A DNA stretch of 60,700 nucleotides from Octopus bimaculoides (Eukaryota), in NCBI RefSeq assembly GCF_001194135.2, contig NC_068983.1, positions 33,405,938 through 33,466,637 on the forward strand. The letters run 5' to 3'. Below the pieces are notes generated by a model that did no database searches, was not told the DNA's origin, and saw only the letters and a program-made list of their open reading frames with translations. Positions 36,831 through 50,164 of the stretch are shown in pieces; position 1 is the first letter of the stretch, and every line of letters starts with the position of its first letter. The position numbers and the translations under genes are program-made.

Positions 36831-37421
36831 GAGATTCGTTCGATTAAGGCTGACTTGTAGTAAGAGAAAATAAACAAAAACAATAACAAAAACAACCACT
36901 TGATTACTGCAGTAAATTTCTATAACGATTTGCTTCAGTTACTCAACGTTTAAACCTGACTGGTGTCAATTTTGCATTTTATTCCTCTGAGCCAGTTGAA
37001 ATAATTACCTGGCATATCCATGAATCGATTCAATCGATTACACTTTTCTTAACGAATGAGTAGCTTCTTATCAAAATGTGAAATCAATATCTTATAGGAT
37101 GTTCTCTCGATATTCGCCAGACATATCAATAGGTCATGACTCAGTTATAAGGTAATTCATATCGCTGTCTGACAGCATGATATCCACACCAAAACTTTAA
37201 ACGTTCATGTTTTACAGAGTTTGTAAAAGAAGAGGAATAGTATTCTATACTGAAATTCCCATTGCTGAGATCACAGATATATGATACATAATATCTATTC
37301 CTCATGAGATGTCAAGCTAGGCTTTAGATCTAGAAGCCAAGAAATTCAAAGCGATCTTTAATGCAAAATAATTACTGAAGTGGAACAGCAGAGTAAAACA
37401 ACAGTCTGTTTCTCCATAAAA

Positions 37422-37468
<47 letters not shown>

Positions 37469-37934
37469 ATGACGGTGGTAATGGTGGTGGTGGTGATACT
37501 TATAATGATCGTTTTTTTTTTGTTATTGCCACTAGAGGAGACCTTTCAGAAATAAAGTAAAATCGAGAGGTTACAAACGTGTAGAGATATTTATATAAAG
37601 TTATATGAAACACAAAGAGTTCTATAAAAACGAAAAGGGTATCAGTGAGGTTATTTAATAAATAATTGAAGATTTTGAAAGAACTTGACATAAATCAAAC
37701 ACAGGCTATAACTAATTATACAAAAGCACTCTATAGCAAAAATAAAATAGCTTAATAAATATTTGATGAACATATAATAATAAATATTATAACATATGAT
37801 GAACATTTTGATTTGTCTTTTTTCTTGCTTTTTTTTTCTTCTGTGGAAATGAGGAATTCACACAAATTAAATGATGGAGGGGCCGAGTAAAACAAAATAG
37901 AAAGAGAGATTATTAATTCCACTTTCCTTCTATG

Positions 37935-38410
37935 TATGTGTGGAAAGAAGCTTGCTTCCCAACTACATGGTTCCGGATTCATTTCCACTGTGTGGCACCT
38001 TGAGCAAGTGACTTCTACTATAGCCCCGGGCCGATCAAAGCCTTGTGAGTTGATTTGGTAGACGGAAACTGAAAGAAGCCTGTCATATATATATGTATAT
38101 ATGTTTGTGTGTCTGTGTTTGTTCCACCACCATCGCTTAACAACCGATGTTAGTGTGCTTACGTCCCCGTAACTTAGCAGTTCGGCAAAAGTAACCGATG
38201 GAATAAGTACTAGGCTCACAAACAATGAGTCCTGGGGTCAATTTGTTCGACTAAAGGTGGTACTCCAGCGTGGCCGTAGTCAAATGACTGAAACAAGTAA
38301 AAGAGTAAAAGAGTAAGTGTAACCCGAACTTAGCGGTTCTGAAAAAGGGACCGATAGAGTAAGTACTAGGTTTACAAAGAATAAGTCATGGGGTCGATTT
38401 GTTCGAGTAA
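37935..38410 (+). mobile_element. SINE family A plus a second partial tail (about 38320-38410)
   Basis: Full copy to about 38312, followed by a repeat of the aacttagcggttc...ggggtcgatttgttcga segment. Confidence 0.82.
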
Positions 38411-38448
38411 GCGTAACCCATGCACAGGTGGATTCGAATGTACAGTAG

Positions 38449-38530
38449 AAGATACTTGTCCAAGGTGCCACACAGTGGAACTAAACCCGGTACCATGTGG
38501 TTGGGAAGCAAGCTTCTTACCACACATCCA
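38449..38530 (-). mobile_element. SINE family A head, inverted
   Basis: Reverse complement tggatgtgtggtaagaagcttgcttcccaaccacatggtaccgggtttagttccactgtgtggcaccttggacaagtatcttc. Confidence 0.82.
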
Positions 38531-39700
38531 GACATAGTAAAGCTTCTTACGATACATACATACATTCGAATGTTCCAACGTATTTAACTTGGTGTATCCG
38601 TTAGTGCTTATGAGTATTTTGGGGGGGGGGGTGAATTCAGTAAGAAATCTCTGATTTCATCCATGAAGCTCCACATTATTAGTGTGACCCACCTGCGTCA
38701 TTTTCATTAGCTACATATTTGAATGCTCCACTATATTAGAGCCACCCTCATTCTCAATCAACATGTTTCGACATTATTTCTTGATCTATTTTAGTAGTTC
38801 TGTTAGTTCCTTTGTTTTGCGAAGAACTGTGGACTTAATTTCGATTTAAATGGGATGAGAAGAGTTTTTTAAGGATTTTTGGCTTGCCTTCTGTCTCTAC
38901 CCGCCAGTCAGTGCTCATAACGAAACCTGGTGTGTCTATAAGGCACCAGAGAATATTTTGTGGTTTGAACGTTGAATGACACTTTTCTGTGTCCTCTATA
39001 CAGGCTAATTTTAAGTAATAATTAAAAGTGCAACAAATATTTTTTCTGGTTCTATTTCCACTTCCCGAGTAAGTAACTCTTCCTCGCCGTTTTGCCTGAA
39101 GTCTTCTATTAGTTGAATGAAGAAACAGCTTCTTCAAGAGGAACACTCTCGCACATTTTATTTACCTTCACTTGAGATAGTCGCATTTCTTACTGGGAGT
39201 TTTAATTTAATTTATTTTTTACCCTTTAAACTAACCCTGAAATACTATATGTTCGCCAATGTCATCCACATGATCAGGAGACAAAGTGAAAGAGTTAGTG
39301 AGTGACCTGAGGTAGATGACCATTAGAGTCAGTACAACTTTTGTACACTACAAGTTGTAGTCAGTAAGGAGGACCACGCGACCATCGACTTTTGTTCTTG
39401 AGGGCGAGCAAACCTTTTCAGCCGTTTCAGTAGTGACAACCGAGGGCAGTATTGTCTAGACAGCAGTATACTATCGTTACTGCTAGTTTTGCTGTTGTCA
39501 CTGCTCTCTTTCTTTGCCTTTCATGTTCTTTGTTAGTTAAAAAAAAAGCCCCAAGTGTCTACCTCTGCTATATGTGTAATGCTGACCCGTTTTACTTTAC
39601 ACCGATGATATCATTGTTGTTGTTTCTGCTTCCTCAGAGGTACACGGATCTGGAACAGGCCTTGGTTTTGGGAGCCATGAGGAAATGTAATCCAAATTAA

Positions 39701-39872
39701 CAGGAGTGGCTGTGTGGTAAGTAGCTTGCTTACCAACCACATGGTTCTGGGCTCAGTCCCTCTGCGTGGCACCTTGGGTAAATGTCTTCTACTATAGCCT
39801 CGGGCCGACCAAAGCCTTGTGAATGGATTTGGTAGACGGAAACTGAAAGAAGCCCGTCGTATATATGTACAT
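39701..39872 (+). mobile_element. SINE family A, 5' half up to a gap
   Basis: caggagtggctgtgtggtaagtagc...gaaagaagcccgtcgtatat. Confidence 0.85.
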
Positions 39873-40403
39873 ANNNNNNNNNNNNNNNNNNNNNNNNNNN
39901 NNNNNNNNNNNNNNNNNNNNNNNNNNNNNNNNNNNNNNNNNNNNNNNNNNNNNNNNNNNNNNNNNNNNNNNNNNNNNNNNNNNNNNNNNNNNNNNNNNNG
40001 TAACTCCCGACCATCTCTAGTGACCTCTTCATTCACGACCTGTTCAAAGGTCAAAATCACTGATTGTACACTATGAGGTGGGTGTGTGGGCAAGCAGCCC
40101 GGGCTCTTCCTCCAGAGCGTTAAAAACCAGGCAAACACATTTTCGCCGTTTGACAAGCAAGCCTCATCTTCCATACATAACCAAATCTAGGCCACCTGAA
40201 AATGTTCATTTGAGGCGATGTAAGTGCCAAAATCCAGTTGTTATTAGTGCACAGAAATGTTATCTTCCTTCTTGCTCGAGCAAGAAGGTATTATCTTTCA
40301 TAACAAATATAGTAAGTCATCTATCACGCTTTAACACTCTGCAATTTATCACCTTTGTATATACGATACTTGCTTCTCTAAAAAGAAACCAGTGCTGTGA
40401 CTA

Positions 40404-41072
<669 letters not shown>

Positions 41073-41495
41073 TGAAAGAGCTAAAACTGTGTATNNNNNN
41101 NNNNNNNNNNNNNNNNNNNNNNNNNNNNNNNNNNNNNNNNNNNNNNNNNNNNNNNNNNNNNNNNNNNNNNNNNNNNNNNNNNNNNNNNNNNNNNNNNNNN
41201 NNNNNNNNNNNNNNNNNNNNNNNNNNNNNNNNNNNNNNNNNNNNNNNNNNNNNNNNNNNNNNNNNNNNGTGAACCACTCTCCCAGTTTTCCAACGATCCC
41301 GAGTCTCTGTAGCATGTGACATATCATTCCATGTTCGACCTTATCAACGGGCTTTGCAAAGTCAAGATATATCAGATCTATCCATCTATCAATACATACA
41401 TACATACATACATACATGCATACATACATAATACATGCATACATACATACATCTCCAGCGTTAGAAGCTGTGCAAAGACAATAAACAAAAATAAA

Positions 41496-41528
<33 letters not shown>

Positions 41529-41599
41529 TGAAAGAGCTAAAACTGTGTATCATAGCAATAACAGGTAAGCTTTCTAGTTATCAGAAAAGAATACATTAG

Positions 41600-42640
41600 C
41601 GTCAACAGAATCGACTGTGTGAGACAGAGCAGAGGAGACTTTATTGCCAAATAATGTAGAAGAAACTACTAAAGCAGAGAAGCCTAATGCGCAAGAGTAA
41701 TGATCAGTTCATGAGTTAGTATAGCCTCTGATGACACGATTTGCTGCTAACCATTCTAGAATCTTCCATATGTATATCATTGCATACCACCTCTCTTGTC
41801 TTCGTTCCGGGGAGTAGATTTGTTTCTCTTTTGGTCTCTCCCAGTAGCTCAGCTGCTCCATTGATGCAAACTTGAGCTCAAAGCAGCAGCTCAACAATCC
41901 GAACATTAGTACGTGACTTCCCACTCACCATTCTCTGCAATTCCGCTATCAATTTCATCCTGTTGGGTGACTAAAGTCGAGAGCAATAGTCCAAACACAT
42001 GTCCTCCATAGTTTCCTGATCCCTTGTTCTGAAGGTTCTCAGAATCCGCCCGGCCCTTCACTTGCACTTTGCTACCATCCTGGTGAAATGTACGTGACAC
42101 GAGGCGTCGTTGCTCATATCAGTCCCCAGATCACGCACTGTACTTGACCCTAGGATTGTCGCTCCTTTTGGTTCAAAGTATTGCTGTTGTGACACGTGAG
42201 CATTAGCTAGCTGTGAGATTAGGCCTGGAATTTATATTCATTAAATTTATTCATTAGTCTTCATTAAATTTATCTGCATGTTGTGTTCTTCATCCCATTT
42301 ATATATGACATCTAGGTCATTCTGGAGAAGATTTTCATCAGAAGGTCCTTTGACTGCTTGTGTCGTCGGCATAGCTAATCAGCATGGCTGCCTGCGCAAC
42401 TGATGGCACGTCTGAGAGAGCAACCGTAAACAACAGCAGCCCCCAAGACAGATATCTGAAGCAATCCACTTTCTATTACTGTCCCCCTCGCCACCGCCTG
42501 GCTTCTGTCTTTTAAGAAGTCATGTGAACCACTCTCCCAGTTTTCCAACGATCCCGAGTCTCTGTAGCATGTGACATATCATTCCATGTTCGACCTTATC
42601 AACGGGCTTTGCAAAGTCAAGATATATCAGATCTATCCAT
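41600..42640 (-). mobile_element. Decayed CR1/L2-type LINE, RT to C-terminus
   Basis: IDLIYLDFAKPVDKVEHG (RT domain 3), SYADDT catalytic motif at about 42361-42376, and ERRQER.YAMIYIWKILE; stops and frameshifts throughout. Confidence 0.88.
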
Positions 42641-43469
42641 CTATCAATACATACATACATACATACATACATGCATACATACATAATACATGCATACATA
42701 CATACACACACATATATGTATGTATATATACATATATATATGTATGTATATATANNNNNNNNNNNNNNNNNNNNNNNNNNNNNNNNNNNNNNNNNNNNNN
42801 NNNNNNNNNNNNNNNNNNNNNNNNNNNNNNNNNNNNNNNNNNNNNNNNNNNNNNNNNNNNNNNNNNNNNNNNNNNNNNNNNNNNNNNNNNNNNNNNNNNN
42901 NNNNNNNNNNNNNNNNNNNNNNNNNNNNNNNNNNNNNNNNNNNNNNNNNNNNNNNNNNNNNNNNNNNNNNNNNNNNNNNNNNNNNNNNNNNNNNNNNNNN
43001 NNNNNNNNNNNNNNNNNNNNNNNNNNNNNNNNNNNNNNNNNNNNNNNNNNNNNNNNNNNNNNNNNNNNNNNNNNNNNNNNNNNNNNNNNNNNNNNNNNNN
43101 NNNNNNNNNNNNNNNNNNNNNNNNNNNNNNNNNNNNNNNNNNNNNNNNNNNNNNNNNNNNNNNNNNNNNNNNNNNNNNNNNNNNNNNCCCCTCCCCCTCT
43201 CTATATATATATACACACACACACACACGCACACATACATACATGCATACATACATACATACATACATACATACAAACACACACACACACATATATATAT
43301 ATATTATACATATATACATATATGTATGTATGTTTTATATACACATATGAATGAAGAAGAAAAAGAAAGAAAAAGAAAGGAAAAGTAAAAGAAACAATGA
43401 ATGCAGTTAAGAGCAGCGTTTCTGAAATTGTCCTGAGATTTTGCAATCTCAGAAATACAATCGACGTTT

Positions 43470-43545
43470 GGAGGGAATGGTGAGTGGAAAGTCACGTACG
43501 AATGTTAGGATTGTTGAACTGCTGCTTTGAACTCAGGTTATATGT
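43470..43545 (+). mobile_element. Short fragment of the same CR1-type LINE, opposite orientation
   Basis: Its reverse complement matches 41875-41935 (ttcaaagcagcagttcaacaatcctaacattcgtacgtgactttccactcaccattc). Confidence 0.65.
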
Positions 43546-44548
43546 GTGATAGCATGTCTATATATGTGTGTATGAACGAGTCTATGTAATAATATGTATA
43601 CATTTATAAGTAATGTTTCTGTGTTTGTGTGCGACTATAGGTGTACCTCTAGAATGATATATGTATAATCGTTTATGTATGGATGTGTAGATGGGTGTCT
43701 CTTTAACAGTATGTACATATATGTGTATGTAATCGTTGTGCTTGTTCGTGTGTGACTATGTAACTCTATAATGGTACGTACATCGGTGTATGTATGTACG
43801 TATGTATGTATGTACATATTATGTATGCACATATGCATGTATCTATGTACGTACGTATGTTTGTATAATATTGGTGCGTGCGTGTGTACTTCTTTAATAA
43901 TATACATCAATCTGAATATCTGAATAAGTATGCGTGTTTGTGACAATATTACTCTGTATGCATGTATGTATATGCAGTCTGTGTGTGTTTGTGCATGTGC
44001 CTCAATAACGATATGGATGTGCAGTTTTTTTAATCTTTACAGGAATGATGAGTGTGACAGTATGTGCAATCTTTGTTTGTGGGTATGTGCTTCTATAAGG
44101 ATATGTGTACATCTGTATATGTTAGTATGTATACATGTACGAATAAATGTGTGTATGCATAATGTTTGTGGTGTATGTGTGTGTGTGCGTGTGTATATGT
44201 GTGTTTGTATGTATGCGTGCATGTGTGTATGTATGTAAGTGCCTCATAATAACATGTGTATGTCTGTGTATCTCAATATATATGCTTGCTTTTGCTAATA
44301 TAAAACGTGCGCATATATTTCAATGTTATGCGTGTGTTTGTGTATGGTCCTCTAACAGTCTGTTAGAATATCTCAACCAGTCAACATGCAACATCCTTAA
44401 TGTCCTTTCACCCTGATGATATTCCACAACGCTTCTAAAAGCAAACTTCGTTTGTTTATTTACGTTTGTCGTGATTTGAATTTAACATATGAGAGCATCT
44501 CATAAAGCGAGATTTATATATCTTAAATTTTCAGAGGAATTTGTAGTG

Positions 44549-44623
44549 GGTAGTTTAGCTTAATCGGTCAAAGTATCGTGACGCGTAATCACGGGGATGT
44601 GATTTCGAGTCCACAACTAACCA
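44549..44623 (+). pseudogene. tRNA-like sequence (Thr-CGT-like): tRNA pseudogene or SINE head
   Basis: ggtagtt-ta-gctt(aatcggtca)aagt, anticodon arm cgtga-cgCGTaa-tcacg, T-loop ttcgagt, 3' aactaacca. Position 33 is G rather than U, and the T stem and acceptor stem are imperfect. Confidence 0.5.
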
Positions 44624-45082
44624 CCTACCCATTTCTCTGCAAAATAGGGGGAGTTTATCCTGTTCAGGCTATATTATTAGCATTATTCTGCGATTGAGGA
44701 TTTAAAATCAATTTGTTTTATAATTTTGACTAAGCCAGACTGTATAGTCTGGTTAAGTCATTTTTTTTTTGTATTCATCCTTTCTACTTGGAGAGTTTAA
44801 ATGTAGTTACAAAAATATGTCCTTCTGTTGAAATGAAATTTCAGTAAATTTCTATATCTTTGTGCTGCTGCGGATTGCTCTGCATTTTACATTTGATGTA
44901 ATGTTCNNNNNNNNNNNNNNNNNNNNNNNNNNNNNNNNNNNNNNNNNNNNNNNNNNNNNNNNNNNNNNNNNATGAAACGATCGTACTGCAATAACTTTGG
45001 ATATTCTTGTTGCTTTTTTTGATTTTACACACACACACACACGCGCGCACACGCACCCCCCCCCACATATATATATATATAT

Positions 45083-45243
45083 GATGGGCTTCTTTCAGTT
45101 TCCCTCCACGAAATCCACTCACAAGGCTTTTGTCGGCCGGAGGATATAGTAGAAAAAACTTGCCCAAGGTGCCAAGCAGTGGGACTGAACCCGGAACCAC
45201 GTGGTTGGTAAGCAAGCTACTTACCAGACAGCGATTCCTGCGC
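45083..45243 (-). mobile_element. SINE family A, 5' half, inverted
   Basis: Reverse complement gcgcaggaatcgctgtctggtaagtagc...gaaactgaaagaagccc. Confidence 0.85.
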
Positions 45244-45967
45244 ATATATTATTTTATTTTATTAAACCTTAGGGCTTATATAAACAGGAGCAAATGATGT
45301 AAGCTTTACTTCAAATAATATATATATATATATATAGGGAGAGAGAGATTATTTGGAATCATCTTTCTGAATAAGAACTATAGCTACCAAGTAAATGTGG
45401 TATCACAATGTATATTTGTGGCATTGGATGGGTGGAAAATATTGTTATGAGAAAATAAGTAATAGAACTAGGGCGCCTAAAGATTTTATTGGTTATTCAT
45501 GCTGTTAGACATCATTTCAACACCATGTAAATGCAGGTGATGAAAGTGAGATTTGTATAACGACACAAGCCATAGATTACGTCACAGACAGGTCACATTC
45601 TCCGGTTTGTGCTGGAAGCTTTGTTGAGTCGCACTAGGCAATTTTTGTTGGGTTGGTTATATTTATTATTGCTTATTAAAACTGTTTTGCTTTTGTTATT
45701 CTTGTATTAATTCAAGTATGTATGTAGATATAAACCCGACAAGGGTGATCTGTATAGAAATGCAGGTCAGACATGAGTCAAATTCAATAGTCTATACTTG
45801 AAAATTGCCTTCTGACATGTCTTTAACTAATACCTTGCGCCATTTGGATACTGGCATTCAGTTATTTGTTGCGTATATAAAACTTTCATCGGTAGCTGAT
45901 GGATATATATATATATGTGCGCGCGAGTGTATGTGCGTGTGCATATTAGTATATATGTGTGTATGTA

Positions 45968-46317
45968 TATTTCAAGATTTTTTTCTCAATAGAGAAAGAG
46001 CGTGTTTCTAATCTAACCTAGAACCAAGACTCCTTCACTGAAATTTCAACATCAGCAGGAGTATTTTTTAATGTATGTATATGTGCAGATTTGTATGTTT
46101 TGTTTTATGTATGTATGTATGTATGTATTTATGTATGTGTGTATGTATGTACGTACGTCCGTACGTACGTATGTATGTGTGTGTGTGTATGTATGTATGT
46201 ATGTATGTGTGTGTGTGTGTATGTATGTATGTGTGTGTGTATGTATGTATGTATGTATGTATGTGTGTGTGTGTGTATGTATGTATGTGTGTGTGTATGT
46301 ATGTATGTATGTATGTA

Positions 46318-46348
<31 letters not shown>

Positions 46349-46491
46349 GTGCATGCATGTATTTATGGGTGGATGGATTTATGTCGTTCAGTTTTATTTC
46401 AAGATTTCTTGCCAATAGAGAAGAAGCCTGTTTCTAACCTAGATCCAAGGCTCCTTCATTGGAATTTCAACATCAACAACATAGTATTTTT
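45968..46491. repeat. Two diverged copies of a ~100-bp repeat (45968-46068 and 46381-46491) around a compound (TATG)/(TG) microsatellite
   Basis: The pattern atttcaagattt..caatagag...tttctaacctaga.ccaag.ctccttca.tg.aatttcaacatca is present twice. Confidence 0.75.
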
Positions 46492-46615
46492 GTATGTATG
46501 TATGTATGTATGTATGTATGTGTGTGTATGTATGTATCTATCTATCTACCTACCTACCTCTCTCTCTCTCTCTCTCTCCATCCATCCATCCATCCATCCA
46601 TCCATCCATCCATCC

Positions 46616-46666
<51 letters not shown>

Positions 46667-46828
46667 NNNNNNNNNNNNNNNNNNNNNNNNNNNNNNNNNN
46701 NNNNNNNNNNNNNNNNNNNNNNNNNNNNNNNNNNNNNNNNNNNNNNNNNNNNNNNNNNNNNNNNNNNNNNNNNNNNNNNNNNNNNNNNNNNNNNNNNNNN
46801 NNNNNNNNNNNNNNNNNNNNNNNNNNNN

Positions 46829-46868
<40 letters not shown>

Positions 46869-48985
46869 CATGCACACGCACAGCGCATGAGCACACACAC
46901 ACACACACACACACACCCATACACATACCGTTATAAATTCATATAAATATCTACATCTAAGCACGTCTGTACATACGCTAAAGGATCAAAAACAACTTGC
47001 TAGATTGAACCATAAACATTGCGTAAATAAAAAATTATCTCTTTAGTCATTCATATCGTTTCCACAGATTCAGCTGCCATATCCAAAACTGTCTCTTCAC
47101 CAGCCCTTTCTTTTAAGCCCCACGAATTATGTGCTTGATTTTTCCTTCTCTTTCTCCTTTACATGTCTACCCTTCTTATTCTCTTAGCTTTTCTTTCTCC
47201 ATACCAAGTCTTATTTTCCGCCCTTCTAGTCAAAAAGTCGATAAAGGTATTTAATCTCATATCAGTAATATACTTTGTAACATTTCATTACTTCTCCTGC
47301 AAAGGTGGGTCCCAGACACACACACACACGCACGCACCGCACCAAAAAAAAAAAGAAAAAACACGCACGCACCCCCACACGCACACATACATAAAAAACA
47401 CAGAGACATACACAGTTACAAACACAAACACACTGACCCAGACACACAGACAGAGACAGACAGACAAAGACACACAAACACTCACACACATACACACAGA
47501 CTCCAGATTTGGGAAACCAAACTACCTTGTAGACCGACGACGGCTTAATAGCCGAAATATCAAATTTACTGACAACTACTTTTTTGTAAAAATAAATGTT
47601 AACGCTACTGGAAGCATCGATCCTTAAATCTAATGTTTGACTGTTATATATATGCATACAACAAATCAAATATCGTTTGAAATGCCCCATTTCTGCATTT
47701 GGTGCTTAAAATATATGATATTCTATAGATACATGCACATACTCGAGCATTAATTTCTCTCTGTACTGCATTTTCTCTGTGTCTTTCTTTCTCTTTCTTA
47801 CTCGTTCGCACTCTCGGCGTTTCCTCGTCATCGAAGACGTCATGGTTTATTCCTTGATTTTGTTGATTATTCCTGACTGTGAGTGCCAATGCTTGAGACG
47901 AATCGTTTGTTACTTTATACACTTAATCTACAGCATGTAATTGTTTATTTAATTATTTGTATGTCTAATTATGTAAGTAGGAACGACAATTTATAGGATG
48001 ATGGTGAGAGTAGAACAGGCTGATTTGTTTTGTCTTTGCTATTGGTTAAATTATGTTGGGCGATTTAATTTCCTTTGCTTCTCATTGTTACTCTTTCGCC
48101 TCTTAGAAATGATTTTACAATCTGCGATGCCTGCATCTACTACGGGTGCAAATGGGTATTTGAGTGGGAATGGGTGCAAAAACTAGGGTAAATATATGCC
48201 TTATTAAAATCACTTTCCAGAAAAAGAAATTATCTACTTCTTGAAAAAAAAAATATCCTTTTAAACGACCAAGAAATTTATTATTCTACAGATCTAGATT
48301 TAACCAATAAGAGATGATGTCTATGAACTTGTATTCATTTCCATCTGCAATTATATACTTGTACAGCTCTGATTATAGCTCTCTGTCGTCAATGAAGACA
48401 AAATCTAGGAATTGCATGAATCCACAGTAGGATTCTGCTGATCACAATCAGCAAAAAAGTTCAACATTTTGATAAAGTCATGAACGAGAAGCAGGAACAA
48501 AGAAGTCATTGAATTTTATCATCGCAATTATAATTGATTTCACTGCCTATGGCTTTTCTTTTTCAAACTTATTTAATTTACATTTACATTTTATGCACTG
48601 ACTCAAACCTTATTTCATGTGTTTAATTTGTTCTCTAACTGTATTGTGCATGGTTAAATTTAAAATACACTTAGATATAAAATAATTAAGATTTTCATTT
48701 ACAAATAATAAAGATATTGTGATAAAGGATGTAAAAATTAATCTCCAAGGAGTGAATAGAAAAGGTTAGGAAATACTGACTTATAAGAACATTCCGAATT
48801 TTATTTCCTTTCAACTCTATAAATAAACTGCATTAACACAGGAGTCCCAATCTATAGAAATATCCACATACATTAGGGCAATGACATTGAGTAATGACAT
48901 GATTTCTCTAAATGATCCCCAAGACTTTTTCAAAGGCAGAGAGAAGCAGCTGGTAAAGCACCGTTATATATATATATCTAGGAAT

Positions 48986-50164
48986 TGCATTCTTTTTTTT
49001 ACCCACTTATTTTCAGTTTCATTCGTTTTCAATTGAGAACAGATAGAGAACGGTGAAGTGGAGGAGAATAATTAGAGAAAGGGTGGGAGAGAAAAAGAAT
49101 AAGAAAGAGGAGCAGAGAGAGGAATAGAGATAGTCATAGATTAGTGTCGCATCAGAATTATTAAGTTAAAACTTACTTGAAAATGGATGGGTGTCGTTCG
49201 ATCATATAATAATATAAANNNNNNNNNNNNNNNNNNNNNNNNNNNNNNNNNNNNNNNNNNNNNNNNNNNNNNNNNNNNNNNNNNNNNNNNNNNNNNNNNN
49301 NNNNNNNNNNNNNNNNNNNNNNNNNNNNNNNNNNNNNNNNNNNNNNNNNNNNNNNNNNNNNNNNNNNNNNNNNNNNNNNNNNNNNNNNNNNNNNNNNNNN
49401 NNNNNNNNNNNNNNNNNNNNNNNNNNNNNNNNNNNNNNNNNNNNNNNNNNNNNNNNNNNNNNNNNNNNNNNNNNNNNNNNNNNNNNNNNNNNNNNNNNNN
49501 NNNNNNNNNNNNNNNNNNNNNNNNNNNNNNNNNNNNNNNNNNNNNNNNNNNNNNNNNNNNNNNNNNNNNNNNNNNNNNNNNNNNNNNNNNNNNNNNNNNN
49601 NNNNNNNNNNNNNNNNNNNNNNNNNNNNNNNNNNNNNNNNNNNNNNNNNNNNNNNNNNNNNNNNNNNNNNNNNNNNNNNNNNNNNNNNNNNNNNNNNNNN
49701 NNNNNNNNNNNNNNNNNNNNNNNNNNNNNNNNNNNNNNNNNNNNNNNNNNNNNNNNNNNNNNNNNNNNNNNNNNNNNNNNNNNNNNNNNNNNNNNNNNNN
49801 NNNNNNNNNNNNNNNNNNNNNNNNNNNNNNNNNNNNNNNNNNNNNNNNNNNNNNNNNNNNNNNNNNNNNNNNNNNNNNNNNNNNNNNNNNNNNNNNNNNN
49901 NNNNNNNNNNNNNNNNNNNNNNNNNNNNNNNNNNNNNNNNTATATGATCGAACGACACCCATCCATTTTCAAGTAAGTTTTAACTTAATAATTCTGATGC
50001 GACACTAATCTATGACTATCTCTATTCCTCTCTCTGCTCCTCTTTCTTATTCTTTTTCTCTCCCACCCTTTCTCTAATTATTCTCCTCCACTTCACCGTT
50101 CTCTATCTGTTCTCAATTGAAAACGAATGAAACTGAAAATAAGTGGGTAAAAAAAAAGAATGCA
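48986..50164. repeat. Near-perfect 223/224-bp inverted duplication (48986-49208 and 49941-50164) flanking a 722-N gap
   Basis: The arms appear identical in reverse complement except for one base in a T/A homopolymer. Confidence 0.93.

Noticed and set aside
47644-47922. ORF MYKVTNDSSQ...DDEETPRVRTS as a possible extra exon or gene
   Set aside because: No recognisable domain; an in-frame stop lies between the nearest AG and the frame, and exons a and b already join in phase without it.
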